A stretch of DNA of 64,000 bases from Eledone cirrhosa (Eukaryota). This document shows, one piece after another, positions 1-15,693 of the stretch. A program made the position numbers and the translations under genes. The stretch spans positions 63,488,001-63,552,000 of the forward strand of contig OZ024740.1 in NCBI GenBank assembly GCA_964016885.1, written 5' to 3'. The notes under the pieces were generated by a model that was not told the DNA's origin, made no database searches, and was given only the letters and a program-made list of their open reading frames with translations. Positions within the stretch are counted from its first letter, which is position 1. Each line of letters starts with the position of its first letter.

Positions 1-377
1 CAAAGGTGCTTGCAAATGACTATTTTCCCACATTATCAATGAATATGACATGAGAATCTATCGTTTAGAATTGGTTTCCATTTCATAACTTAACCAAACC
101 ACACCATACCAAGTTACACCATACTACATCGCACCAAGCTATTGATCTTGGTGTGAAACATTTTTTTCCCGTTTCCTTTTTTTTTTTGTGTGTGTGTGTG
201 TGTGTGCTTACCTCCTAATCTGACATTAAAGGTGCTCCCAATTGACTATTTTTTTCCACTTATCAATTATGACATGGAAACCTGTCGAAAATGACTATAT
301 TTGTAGAAACTACTTCACCACACCATACTACAACACACCTAGCTATTGATTTTGGTGTGACAAATTTTCATTTGCCA

Positions 378-408
<31 letters not shown>

Positions 409-1744
409 TTTTTGCTTACAATCCAATTTGACATAAATGGTGCTCGCAAATTACTATTTTATGCATATATTATCAATGGTTATGACATGGAAACCTGATG
501 AAAATGACTAGCTTTGTAGAAAAAAGAGGGAGGATGTGGGTGGAAATACCATTTACAAAGCTCGTCATTTTTTATTGCAGCGGGAGTCATATTTTTTGTT
601 AATATGCTAAAAGCATAGTTCACTGCGAGCTTCTTGGAAGTTGATAGCACATACAAAGATGATGGAAAAAATTTTTTTCTAACATAAATCAAAGTGGAAA
701 TTTAAATCCTCACTTATAACAAAGCACACCACACCACATTAATCTACCCCAAACCACACCATAACCATACTTCACTATATGGTACATTTATTACAGAACA
801 CCTCCTACCATTTACATCACACCATGGTATGGAGATCAATGTGACAAATTTGCTACCTGCTTCTTTTTTTTTTTTTTTTGTGGTTACCACTTCAAACTAA
901 CATAAAAGGTGCTTGCAAATGACTATTTTCCCACACATTATCAATGAATATGACATGGGAATCTATCGTTTACAATTGGTTTCCATTTCATAACTTCACA
1001 AAGCCACACCATACCAAGTTACACCATATTACATCACACCAAGCTATTGATCTTGGTGTGAAATATTTTCTTCCCGTTTCCTTTTTATTTTTTTGTGTGC
1101 GCTTACCACCCAATCTGACATTAAAGGTGCTCCCAATTGACTATTTTTTTCCACTTATCAATTATGACATGGAAACCTGTCGAAAATGACTATCTTTGTA
1201 GAAACTTCACCACACCATACTACATCACACCTAGTTATTGATTTTGGTGTGACAAATTTTCATTTGCCATTTTTTTTTTTTTTTTTTTTTTTTGCTTACA
1301 ATCCAATTTGACATAAATGGTGCTCGCAAATTACTATTTTATGCACATATTATCAATGGTTATGACATGGAAACCTGATGAAAATGACTAGCTTTGTAGA
1401 AAAAAGAGGGAGGATGTGGGTGGAAATACCATTTACAAAGCTAGTCATTTTTTATTGCAGCGGAAGTCATATTTTTTGTTAATATGCTAAAAGCCTAGTC
1501 CACTGCGAATATCTTGGAAATTGATAGCACATGCAAAAATGAAGGAAAAAATTTTTTTCTAACCTAAATCAAAGTGGAAATTTAATTTCTTACTTATAAC
1601 AAAGCACACCACACCACATTAATCTACCCCAAACCACACCATATCAAAGAGCACCATATTATGGTAAATTTATTACAGACCACCTACTCCTATCATTTAC
1701 ATCACACCATGATATGGACATCAATGTGACAAATTTGCTACCTG

Positions 1745-1779
<35 letters not shown>

Positions 1780-2172
1780 TGGATACCACCCAAACTAACA
1801 TCATAGGTGCTTGCAAATGACTATTTTCCCACATTATCAATGAATATGACATGAGAATCTATCGTTTAGAATTGGTTTCCATTTCATAACTTCACACAAA
1901 CCAAACCACACCATACCAAGTTACACCATACTACATCGCTCCAAGCTATTGATCTTGGTGTGAAACATTTTTTTCCCGTTTCCCTTTTTTTTTTTTGTGT
2001 GTGCTTACTACCCAATCTGACATTAAAGGTGCTCCCAATTGACTATTTTTTTTTCCACATATCAATAATTATGACATGGAAACCTGTCGAAAATGACTAT
2101 CTTTGTAGAAACTTCACCACACCATACAACATCACACCTAGCTATTGATTTTTGTGTGACAAATTTTCATTT

Positions 2173-2208
<36 letters not shown>

Positions 2209-3070
2209 TGCAATCCAATTTGACATAAATGGTGCTTGCAAATTACTATTTTAGACACATACTATCAATGGTTATGACATGGAAACCTGATGAAAATGAC
2301 TAGCTTTGTAGAAAAAAGAGGGAGGATGTGGGTGGATATACCATTTACAAAGCTAGTCATTTTTTATTGCAGCGGAAGTCATATATTTTGTTAATATGTT
2401 AAAAGCCTAGTCCACTGTGAGCATCTTGGAAGTTGATAGTACATGTAAAAATCAAGGAAAAAATTTTTTTCTAACATAAATCAAAGTGGAAATTTAAATC
2501 CTCACTTATAACAAAGCACACCACAGCACATTAATCTACCCCAAACCACACCATATCAAACAGCACCATATTATGGTAAATTTATTACAGACCACCTACT
2601 CCTATCATTTACATCACACCATGATATGGACATCAATGTGACAAATTTGCTACCTGCTTTTTTTTTTTTTTTTTTTTGTGGTTACCACCCAAACTAACAT
2701 CAAAGGGGCTTGCAAATGACTATTTTCCCACATTATCAATGAATATGACAGGAGAATCTATCGTTTAGAATTGGTTTCCATTTCATAACTTAACCAAACC
2801 AAACCACACCATACCAAGTTACACCATACTACATCGCTCCAAGCTATTGATCTTGGTGTGAAACATTTTTTTCCCGTTTCCTTTTTTTTTTTGTGTGTGT
2901 GCTTACCACCTAATCTGACATTAAAGGTGCTCCCAATTGACTATTTTTTTTTCCACATATCAATAATTATGACATGGAAACCTGTCGAAAATGACTATCT
3001 TTGTAGAAACTTCACCACAGCATACTATATCACACCTAGCTATTGATTTCTGTGTGACAAATTTTCATTT

Positions 3071-3103
<33 letters not shown>

Positions 3104-4440
3104 GTGCTTACAATCCAATTTGACATAAATGGTGCTCGCAAATTACTATTTTATGCACATATTATCAATGGTTATGACATGGAAACCTGATGAAAATGAC
3201 TAGCTTTGTAGAAAAAAGAGGGCGGATGTGGGTGGAAATACCATTTACAAAGCTCGTCATTTTTTATTGCAGCGGGAGTCATATTTTTTGTTAATATGCT
3301 AAAAGCATAGTTCACTGCGAGATCTTGGAAGTTGATAGCACATACAAAGATGATGGAAAAAATTTTTTTCTAACATAAATCAAAGTGGAAATTTAAATCC
3401 TCACTTATAACAAAGCACACCACACCACATTAATCTACCCCAAACCACACCATAACCATACTTCACTATATGGTACATTTATTACAGAACACCTCCTACC
3501 ATTTACATCACACCATGGTATGGAGATCGTGACAAATTTGCTACCTGCTTTTTTTTTTTTTTTTTTTTTTTTTGTGGTTACCACTTCAAACTAACATAAA
3601 AGGTGCTTGCAAATGACTATTTTCCCACACATTATCAATGAATATGACATGGGAATCTATCGTTTACAATTGGTTTCCATTTCATAACTTCACAAAACCA
3701 CACCATACCAAGTTACACCATACTACATCACACCAAGCTATTGATCTTGGTGTGAAATATTTTCTTCCCGTTTCCTTTTTATTTTCTTGTGTGTGCTTAC
3801 CACCCAATCTGACATTAAAGGTGCTCCCAAATGTATATTTTTTTCCCACTTATCAATAATTATGACATGGAAACCTGTCGAAAATGACTATCTTTGTAGA
3901 AACTTCACCACATCACACCATACTACATCACACCAAACTATTGATTTTGGTCTGGCAATTGTTTTTTTTTGTTTTTTTGTTTTTTTTGTGCTTACCACCC
4001 AATTTGACATAAATGGTGCTCGCAAATTACTATTTCATGCACATATTATCATTGGTTATGACATGGAAACCTGATGAAAATGACTAGTTTTGTAGAAAAA
4101 AGAGGGAGGATGTGGGTGGAAATACCATTTACAAAGCTCGTCATTTTTTATTGCAGCGGAAGTCATCTTTTTTGTTAATATGCTAAAAGCCTAGTCTACT
4201 GCAAATATCTTGGAAATTGGTAGCACATGCAAAAATGAAGGAAAAAATTTTTTTCTAACCTAAATCAAAGTGGAAATTTAATTTCTTACTTATAACAAAG
4301 CACACCACACCACATTAATCTACCCCAAACCACACCATATCAAACAGCACCATATTATGGTAAATTTATTACAGACCACCTACTCCTATCATTTACATCA
4401 CACCATGATATGGACATCAATGTGACAAATTTGCTACATG

Positions 4441-4473
<33 letters not shown>

Positions 4474-4870
4474 TGGATACCACCCAAACTAACATCATAG
4501 GTGCTTGCAAATGACTATTTTCCCACATTATCAATGAATATGACAGGAGAATCTATCGTTTAGAATTGGTTTCCATTTCATAACTTCACACAAACCAAAC
4601 CACACCATACCAAGTTACACCATACTACATCGCTCCAAGCTATTGATCTTGGTGTGAAACATTTTTTTCCCGTTTCGCTTTTTTTTTTTTGTGTGTGTGT
4701 GCTTACCACCTAATCTGACATTAAAGGTGCTCCCAATTGACTATTTTTTTTTCCACATATCAATAATTATGACATGGAAACCTGTCGAAAATGACTATCT
4801 TTGTAGAAACTTCACCACAGCATACTATATCACACCTAGCTATTGATTTTTGTGTGACAAATTTTCATTT

Positions 4871-4906
<36 letters not shown>

Positions 4907-6245
4907 TGCTTACAATCCAATTTGACATAAATGGTGCTCGCAAATTACTATTTTATGCACATATTATCAATGGTTATGACATGGAAACCTGATGAAAATG
5001 ACTAGCTTTGTAGAAAAAAGAGGGCGGATGTGGGTGGAAATACCATTTACAAAGCTCGTCATTTTTTATTGCAGCGGGAGTCATATTTTTTGTTAATATG
5101 CTAAAAGCATAGTTCACTGCGAGATCTTGGAAGTTGATAGCACATACAAAGATGATGGAAAAAATTTTTTTCTAACATAAATCAAAGTGGAAATTTAAAT
5201 CCTCACTTATAACAAAGCACACCACACCACATTAATCTACCCCAAACCACACCATAACCATACTTCACTATATGGTACATTTATTACAGAACACCTCCTA
5301 CCATTTACATCACACCATGGTCTGGAGATCGTGACAAATTTGCTACCTGCTTTTTTTTTTTTTTTTTTTTTTTTTTTTGTGGTTACCACTTCAAACTAAC
5401 ATAAAAGGTGCTTGCAAATGACTATTTTCCCACACATTATCAATGAATACGACATGGGAATCTATCGTTTACAATTGGTTTCCATTTCATAACTTCACAA
5501 AACCACACCATACCAAGTTACACCATACTACATCACACCAAGCTATTGATCTTGGTGTGAAATATTTTCTTCCCGTTTCCTTTTTATTTTCTTGTGTGTG
5601 CTTACCACCCAATCTGACATTAAAGGTGCTCCCAAATGTATATTTTTTTCCCACTTATCAATAATTATGACATGGAAACCTGTCGAAAATGACTATCTTT
5701 GTAGAAACTTCACCACATCACACCATACTACATCACACCAAACTATTGATTTTGGTCTGGCAATTGTTTTTTTTTGTTTTTTTGTTTTTTTTGTGCTTAC
5801 CACCCAATTTGACATAAATGGTGCTCGCAAATTACTATTTCATGCACATATTATCATTGGTTATGACATGGAAACCTGATGAAAATGACTAGTTTTGTAG
5901 AAAAAAGAGGGAGGATGTGGGTGGAAATACCATTTACAAAGCTCGTCATTTTTTATTGCAGCGGAAGTCATCTTTTTTGTTAATATGCTAAAAGCCTAGT
6001 CTACTGCAAATATCTTGGAAATTGGTAGCACATGCAAAAATGAAGGAAAAAATTTTTTTCTAACCTAAATCAAAGTGGAAATTTAATTTCTTACTTATAA
6101 CAAAGCACACCACACCACATTAATCTACCCCAAACCACACCATATCAAACAGCACCATATTATGGTAAATTTATTACAGACCACCTACTCCTATCATTTA
6201 CATCACACCATGATATGGACATCAATGTGACAAATTTGCTACATG

Positions 6246-6278
<33 letters not shown>

Positions 6279-6675
6279 TGGATACCACCCAAACTAACAT
6301 CATAGGTGCTTGCAAATGACTATTTTCCCACATTATCAATGAATATGACAGGAGAATCTATCGTTTAGAATTGGTTTCCATTTCATAACTTCACACAAAC
6401 CAAACCACACCATACCAAGTTACACCATACTACATCGCTCCAAGCTATTGATCTTGGTGTGAAACATTTTTTTCCCGTTTCGCTTTTTTTTTTTTGTGTG
6501 TGTGTGCTTACCACCTAATCTGACATTAAAGGTGCTCCCAATTGACTATTTTTTTTTCCACATATCAATAATTATGACATGGAAACCTGTCGAAAATGAC
6601 TATCTTTGTAGAAACTTCACCACAGCATACTATATCACACCTAGCTATTGATTTTTGTGTGACAAATTTTCATTT

Positions 6676-6711
<36 letters not shown>

Positions 6712-8045
6712 TGCTTACAATCCAATTTGACATAAATGGTGCTCGCAAATTACTATTTTATGCACATATTATCAATGGTTATGACATGGAAACCTGATGA
6801 AAATGACTAGCTTTGTAGAAAAAAGAGGGCGGATGTGGGTGGAAATACCATTTACAAAGCTCGTCATTTTTTATTGCAGCGGGAGTCATATTTTTTGTTA
6901 ATATGCTAAAAGCATAGTTCACTGCGAGATCTTGGAAGTTGATAGCACATACAAAGATGATGGAAAAAATTTTTTTCTAACATAAATCAAAGTGGAAATT
7001 TAAATCCTCACTTATAACAAAGCACACCACACCACATTAATCTACCCCAAACCACACCATAACCATACTTCACTATATGGTACATTTATTACAGAACACC
7101 TCCTACCATTTACATCACACCATGGTCTGGAGATCGTGACAAATTTGCTACCTGCTTTTTTTTTTTTTTTTTTTTTTTTTTTTGTGGTTACCACTTCAAA
7201 CTAACATAAAAGGTGCTTGCAAATGACTATTTTCCCACACATTATCAATGAATACGACATGGGAATCTATCGTTTACAATTGGTTTCCATTTCATAACTT
7301 CACAAAACCACACCATACCAAGTTACACCATACTACATCACACCAAGCTATTGATCTTGGTGTGAAATATTTTCTTCCCGTTTCCTTTTTATTTTCTTGT
7401 GTGTGCTTACCACCCAATCTGACATTAAAGGTGCTCCCAAATGTATATTTTTTTCCCACTTATCAATAATTATGACATGGAAACCTGTCGAAAATGACTA
7501 TCTTTGTAGAAACTTCACCACACCATACTACATCACACCAAACTATTGATTTTGGTCTGGCAATTGTTTTTTTTTGTTTTTTTGTTTTTTTTGTGCTTAC
7601 CACCCAATTTGACATAAATGGTGCTCGCAAATTACTATTTCATGCACATATTATCAATGGTTATGACATGGAAACCTGATGAAAATGACTAGTTTTGTAG
7701 AAAAAAGAGGGAGGATGTGGGTGGAAATACCATTTACAAAGCTCGTCATTTTTTATTGCAGCGGAAGTCATCTTTTTTGTTAATATGCTAAAAGCCTAGT
7801 CTACTGCAAATATCTTGGAAATTGGTAGCACATGCAAAAATGAAGGAAAAAATTTTTTTCTAACCTAAATCAAAGTGGAAATTTAATTTCTTACTTATAA
7901 CAAAGCACACCACACCACATTAATCTACCCCAAACCACACCATATCAAACAGCACCATATTATGGTAAATTTATTACAGACCACCTACTCCTATCATTTA
8001 CATCACACCATGATATGGACATCAATGTGACAAATTTGCTACATG

Positions 8046-8078
<33 letters not shown>

Positions 8079-8471
8079 TGGATACCACCCAAACTAACAT
8101 CATAGGTGCTTGCAAATGACTATTTTCCCACATTATCAATGAATATGACATGAGAATCTATCGTTTAGAATTGGTTTCCATTTCATAACTTCACACAAAC
8201 CAAACCACACCATACCAAGTTACACCATACTACATCGCTCCAAGCTATTGATCTTGGTGTGAAACATTTTTTTCCCGTTTCGCTTTTTTTTTTTTGTGTG
8301 TGCTTACCACCTAATCTGACATTAAAGGTGCTCCCAATTGACTATTTTTTTTTCCACATATCAATAATTATGACATGGAAACCTGTCGAAAATGACTATC
8401 TTTGTAGAAACTTCACCACACCATACAACATCACACCTAGCTATTGATTTTTGTGTGACAAATTTTCATTT

Positions 8472-8508
<37 letters not shown>

Positions 8509-10266
8509 TGCTTACAATCCAATTTGACATAAATGGTGCTTGCAAATTACTATTTTAGACACATATTATCAATGGTTATGACATGGAAACCTGATGAAAA
8601 TGACTAGCTTTGTAGAAAAAAGAGGGAGGATGTGGGTGGATATACCATTTACAAAGCTAGTCATTTTTTATTGCAGCGGAAGTCATATATTTTGTTAATA
8701 TGTTAAAAGCCTAGTCCACTGTGAGCATCTTGGAAGTTGATAGCACATGTAAAAATCAAGGAAAAAATTTTTTTCTAACATAAATCAAAGTGGAAATTTA
8801 AATCCTCACTTATAACAAAGCACACCACAGCACATTAATCTACCCCAAACCACACCATATCAAACATCACCATATTATGGTAAATTTATTACAGACCACC
8901 TACTCCTATCATTTACATCACACCATGATATGGACATCAATGTGACAAATTTGCTACCTGCTTTTTTTTTTTTTTTTTGTGGTTACCACCCAAACTAACA
9001 TCAAAGGGGCTTGCAAATGACTATTTTCCCACATTATCAATGAATATGACAGGAGAATCTATCGTTTAGAATTGGTTTCCATTTCATAACTTAACCAAAC
9101 CACACCATACCAAGTTACACCATACTACATCGCACCATGCTATTGATCTTGGTGTGAAACATTTTTTTCCCGTTTCCTTTTTTTTTTTGTGTGTGTGTCT
9201 GTGTGCTTACCACCTAATCTGACATTAAAGGTGCTCCCAATTGACTATTTTTTTCCACTTATCAATTATGACATGGAAACCTGTCGAAAATGACTATCTT
9301 TGTAGAAACTTCACCAAACCACACCATACTACATCACACCAAGCTATTGATTTTGGTGTGACAAATTTTCATTTGCAATTTTATTTTATTTTTTTTTTTT
9401 TTTCGTGCTTACAATCCAATTTGACATAAATGGTGCTCGCAAATTACTATTTTATGCACATATTATCAATGGTTATGACATGGAAACCTGATGAAAATGA
9501 CTAGCTTTGTAGAAAAAAGAGGGCGGATGTGGGTGGAAATACCATTTACAAAGCTAGTCATTTTTTATTGCAGCGGGAGTCATATTTTTTGTTAATATGC
9601 TAAAAGCATAGTTCACTGCGAGCTTCTTGGAAGTTGATAGCACATACAAAGATGATGGAAAAAATTTTTTTCTAACATAAATCAAAGTGGAAATTTAAAT
9701 CCTCACTTATAACAAAGCACACCACAGCACATTAATCTACCCCAAACCACACCATATCAAACAGCACCATATTATGGTAAATTTATTACAGACCACCTAC
9801 TCCTATCATTTACATCACACCATGATATGGACATCAATGTGACAAATTTGCTACCTGCTTTTTTTTTTTTTTTTTTTTGTGGTTACCACCCAAACTAACA
9901 TCAAAGGGGCTTGCAAATGACTATTTTCCCACATTATCAATGAATATGACAGGAGAATCTATCGTTTAGAATTGGTTTCCATTTCATAACTTAACCAAAC
10001 CACACCATACCAAGTTACACCATACTACATCGCTCCAAGCTATTGATCTTGGTGTGAAACATTTTTTTCCCGTTTCCTTTTTTTTTTTGTGTGTGTGCTT
10101 ACCACCTAATCTGACATTAAAGGTGCTCCCAATTGACTATTTTTTTTTCCACATATCAATAATTATGACATGGAAACCTGTCGAAAATGACTATCTTTGT
10201 AGAAACTTCACCACAGCATACTATATCACACCTAGCTATTGATTTCTGTGTGACAAATTTTCATTT

Positions 10267-10299
<33 letters not shown>

Positions 10300-11637
10300 G
10301 TGCTTACAATCCAATTTGACATAAATGGTGCTCGCAAATTACTATTTTATGCACATATTATCAATGGTTATGACATGGAAACCTGATGAAAATGACTAGC
10401 TTTGTAGAAAAAAGAGGGCGGATGTGGGTGGAAATACCATTTACAAAGCTCGTCATTTTTTATTGCAGCGGGAGTCATATTTTTTGTTAATATGCTAAAA
10501 GCATAGTTCACTGCGAGATCTTGGAAGTTGATAGCACATACAAAGATGATGGAAAAAATTTTTTTCTAACATAAATCAAAGTGGAAATTTAAATCCTCAC
10601 TTATAACAAAGCACACCACACCACATTAATCTACCCCAAACCACACCATAACCATACTTCACTATATGGTACATTTATTACAGAACACCTCCTACCATTT
10701 ACATCACACCATGGTATGGAGATCGTGACAAATTTGCTACCTGCTTTTTTTTTTTTTTTTTTTTTTTTTTGTGGTTACCACTTCAAACTAACATAAAAGG
10801 TGCTTGCAAATGACTATTTTCCCAGACATTATCAATGAATATGACATGGGAATCTATCGTTTACAATTGGTTTCCATTTCATAACTTCACAAAACCACAC
10901 CATACCAAGTTACACCATACTACATCACACCAAGCTATTGATCTTGGTGTGAAATATTTTCTTCCCGTTTCCTTTTTATTTTCTTGTGTGTGCTTACCAC
11001 CCAATCTGACATTAAAGGTGCTCCCAAATGTATATTTTTTTCCCACTTATCAATAATTATGACATGGAAACCTGTCGAAAATGACTATCTTTGTAGAAAC
11101 TTCACCACATCACACCATACTACATCACACCAAACTATTGATTTTGGTCTGGCAATTGTTTTTTTTTGTTTTTTTGTTTTTTTTGTGCTTACCACCCAAT
11201 TTGACATAAATGGTGCTCGCAAATTACTATTTCATGCACATATTATCAATGGTTATGACATGGAAACCTGATGAAAATGACTAGTTTTGTAGAAAAAAGA
11301 GGGAGGATGTGGGTGGAAATACCATTTACAAAGCTCGTCATTTTTTATTGCAGCGGAAGTCATCTTTTTTGTTAATATGCTAAAAGCCTAGTCTACTGCA
11401 AATATCTTGGAAATTGGTAGCACATGCAAAAATGAAGGAAAAAATTTTTTTCTAACCTAAATCAAAGTGGAAATTTAATTTCTTACTTATAACAAAGCAC
11501 ACCACACCACATTAATCTACCCCAAACCACACCATATCAAACAGCACCATATTATGGTAAATTTATTACAGACCACCTACTCCTATCATTTACATCACAC
11601 CATGATATGGACATCAATGTGACAAATTTACTACATG

Positions 11638-11671
<34 letters not shown>

Positions 11672-12068
11672 TGGATACCACCCAAACTAACATCATAGGT
11701 GCTTGCAAATGACTATTTTCCCACATTATCAATGAATATGACAGGAGAATCTATCGTTTAGAATTGGTTTCCATTTCATAACTTCACACAAACCAAACCA
11801 CACCATACCAAGTTACACCATACTACATCGCTCCAAGCTATTGATCTTGGTGTGAAACATTTTTTTCCCGTTTCGCTTTTTTTTTTTTGTGTGTGTGTGC
11901 TTACCACCTAATCTGACATTAAAGGTGCTCCCAATTGACTATTTTTTTTTCCACATATCAATAATTATGACATGGAAACCTGTCGAAAATGACTATCTTT
12001 GTAGAAACTTCACCACAGCATACTATATCACACCTAGCTATTGATTTTTGTGTGACAAATTTTCATTT

Positions 12069-12101
<33 letters not shown>

Positions 12102-13863
12102 GTGCTTACAATCCAATTTGACATAAATGGTGCTCGCAAATTACTATTTTATGCACATATTATCAATGGTTATGACATGGAAACCTGATGAAAATGACTA
12201 GCTTTGTAGAAAAAAGAGGGCGGATGTGGGTGGAAATACCATTTACAAAGCTCGTCATTTTTTATTGCAGCGGGAGTCATATTTTTTGTTAATATGCTAA
12301 AAGCATAGTTCACTGCGAGATCTTGGAAGTTGATAGCACATACAAAGATGATGGAAAAAATTTTTTTCTAACATAAATCAAAGTGGAAATTTAAATCCTC
12401 ACTTATAACAAAGCACACCACACCACATTAATCTACCCCAAACCACACCATAACCATACTTCACTATATGGTACATTTATTACAGAACACCTCCTACCAT
12501 TTACATCACACCATGGTCTGGAGATCGTGACAAATTTGCTACCTGCTTTTTTTTTTTTTTTTTTTTTTTTTTTTTGTGGTTACCACTTCAAACTAACATA
12601 AAAGGTGCTTGCAAATGACTATTTTCCCACACATTATCAATGAATACGACATGGGAATCTATCGTTTACAATTGGTTTCCATTTCATAACTTCACAAAAC
12701 CACACCATACCAAGTTACACCATACTACATCACACCAAGCTATTGATCTTGGTGTGAAATATTTTCTTCCCGTTTCCTTTTTATTTTCTTGTGTGTGCTT
12801 ACCACCCAATCTGACATTAAAGGTGCTCCCAAATGTATATTTTTTTCCCACTTATCAATAATTATGACATGGAAACCTGTCGAAAATGACTATCTTTGTA
12901 GAAACTTCACCACACCATACTACATCACACCAAACTATTGATTTTGGTCTGGCAATTGTTTTTTTTTGTTTTTTTGTTTTTTTTGTGCTTACCACCCAAT
13001 TTGACATAAATGGTGCTCGCAAATTACTATTTCATGCACATATTATCAATGGTTATGACATGGAAACCTGATGAAAATGACTAGTTTTGTAGAAAAAAGA
13101 GGGAGGATGTGGGTGGAAATACCATTTACAAAGCTCGTCATTTTTTATTGCAGCGGAAGTCATCTTTTTTGTTAATATGCTAAAAGCCTAGTCTACTGCA
13201 AATATCTTGGAAATTGGTAGCACATGCAAAAATGAAGGAAAAAATTTTTTTCTAACCTAAATCAAAGTGGAAATTTAATTTCTTACTTATAACAAAGCAC
13301 ACCACACCACATTAATCTACCCCAAACCACACCATATCAAACAGCACCATATTATGGTAAATTTATTACAGACCACCTACTCCTATCATTTACATCACAC
13401 CATGATATGGACATCAATGTGACAAATTTGCTACATGCTTTTTTTTTTTTTTTTTTTTTTTTCTTTTTTGTGGATACCACCCAAACTAACATCATAGGTG
13501 CTTGCAAATGACTATTTTCCCACATTATCAATGAATATGACATGAGAATCTATCGTTTAGAATTGGTTTCCATTTCATAACTTCACACAAACCAAACCAC
13601 ACCATACCAAGTTACACCATACTACATCGCTCCAAGCTATTGATCTTGGTGTGAAACATTTTTTTCCCGTTTCGCTTTTTTTTTTTTGTGTGTGCTTACC
13701 ACCTAATCTGACATTAAAGGTGCTCCCAATTGACTATTTTTTTTTCCACATATCAATAATTATGACATGGAAACCTGTCGAAAATGACTATCTTTGTAGA
13801 AACTTCACCACACCATACAACATCACACCTAGCTATTGATTTTTGTGTGACAAATTTTCATTT

Positions 13864-13900
<37 letters not shown>

Positions 13901-15658
13901 TGCTTACAATCCAATTTGACATAAATGGTGCTTGCAAATTACTATTTTAGACACATATTATCAATGGTTATGACATGGAAACCTGATGAAAATGACTAGC
14001 TTTGTAGAAAAAAGAGGGAGGATGTGGGTGGATATACCATTTACAAAGCTAGTCATTTTTTATTGCAGCGGAAGTCATATATTTTGTTAATATGTTAAAA
14101 GCCTAGTCCACTGTGAGCATCTTGGAAGTTGATAGCACATGTAAAAATCAAGGAAAAAATTTTTTTCTAACATAAATCAAAGTGGAAATTTAAATCCTCA
14201 CTTATAACAAAGCACACCACAGCACATTAATCTACCCCAAACCACACCATATCAAACAGCACCATATTATGGTAAATTTATTACAGACCACCTACTCCTA
14301 TCATTTACATCACACCATGATATGGACATCAATGTGACAAATTTGCTACCTGCTTTTTTTTTTTTTTTTTGTGGTTACCACCCAAACTAACATCAAAGGG
14401 GCTTGCAAATGACTATTTTCCCACATTATCAATGAATATGACAGGAGAATCTATCGTTTAGAATTGGTTTCCATTTCATAACTTAACCAAACCACACCAT
14501 ACCAAGTTACACCATACTACATCGCACCATGCTATTGATCTTGGTGTGAAACATTTTTTTCCCGTTTCCTTTTTTTTTTTGTGTGTGTGTCTGTGTGCTT
14601 ACCACCTAATCTGACATTAAAGGTGCTCCCAATTGACTATTTTTTTCCACTTATCAATTATGACATGGAAACCTGTCGAAAATGACTATCTTTGTAGAAA
14701 CTTCACCAAACCACACCATACTACATCACACCAAGCTATTGATTTTGGTGTGACAAATTTTCATTTGCAATTTTATTTTATTTTTTTTTTTTTTCGTGCT
14801 TACAATCCAATTTGACATAAATGGTGCTCGCAAATTACTATTTTATGCACATATTATCAATGGTTATGACATGGAAACCTGATGAAAATGACTAGCTTTG
14901 TAGAAAAAAGAGGGCGGATGTGGGTGGAAATACCATTTACAAAGCTCGTCATTTTTTATTGCAGCGGGAGTCATATTTTTTGTTAATATGCTAAAAGCAT
15001 AGTTCACTGCGAGCTTCTTGGAAGTTGATAGCACATACAAAGATGATGGAAAAAATTTTTTTCTAACATAAATCAAAGTGGAAATTTAAATCCTCACTTA
15101 TAACAAAGCACACCACACCACATTAATCTACCCCAAACCACACCATAACCATACTTCACTATATGGTACATTTATTACAGAACACCTCCTACCATTTACA
15201 TCACACCATGGTATGGAGATCGTGACAAATTTGCTACCTGCTTTTTTTTTTTTTTTTTTTTTTTTTTGTGATTACCACTTCAAACTAACATAAAAGGTGC
15301 TTGCAAATGACTATTTTCCCACACATTATCAATGAATATGACATGGGAATCTATCGTTTACAATTGGTTTCCATTTCATAACTTCACAAAACCACACCAT
15401 ACCAAGTTACACCATACTACATCGCTTCAAGCTATTGATCTTGGTGTGAAACATTTTTTTCCCGTTTCCCTTTTTTTTTTTTGTGTGTGCTTACTACCCA
15501 ATCTGACATTAAAGGTGCTCCCAATTGACTATTTTTTTTTCCACATATCAATAATTATGACATGGAAACCTGTCGAAAATGACTATCTTTGTAGAAACTT
15601 CACCACACCATACAACATCACACCTAGCTATTGATTTTTGTGTGACAAATTTTCATTT

Positions 15659-15693
<35 letters not shown>

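Noticed and set aside
1375-1500. CTGATGA in each satellite monomer as an active hammerhead or C/D-box snoRNA
   Set aside because: No GAAA directly after stem II, no NUH site before the stem I partner, and no box C/D pair with terminal stem. Kept only as a structural observation.
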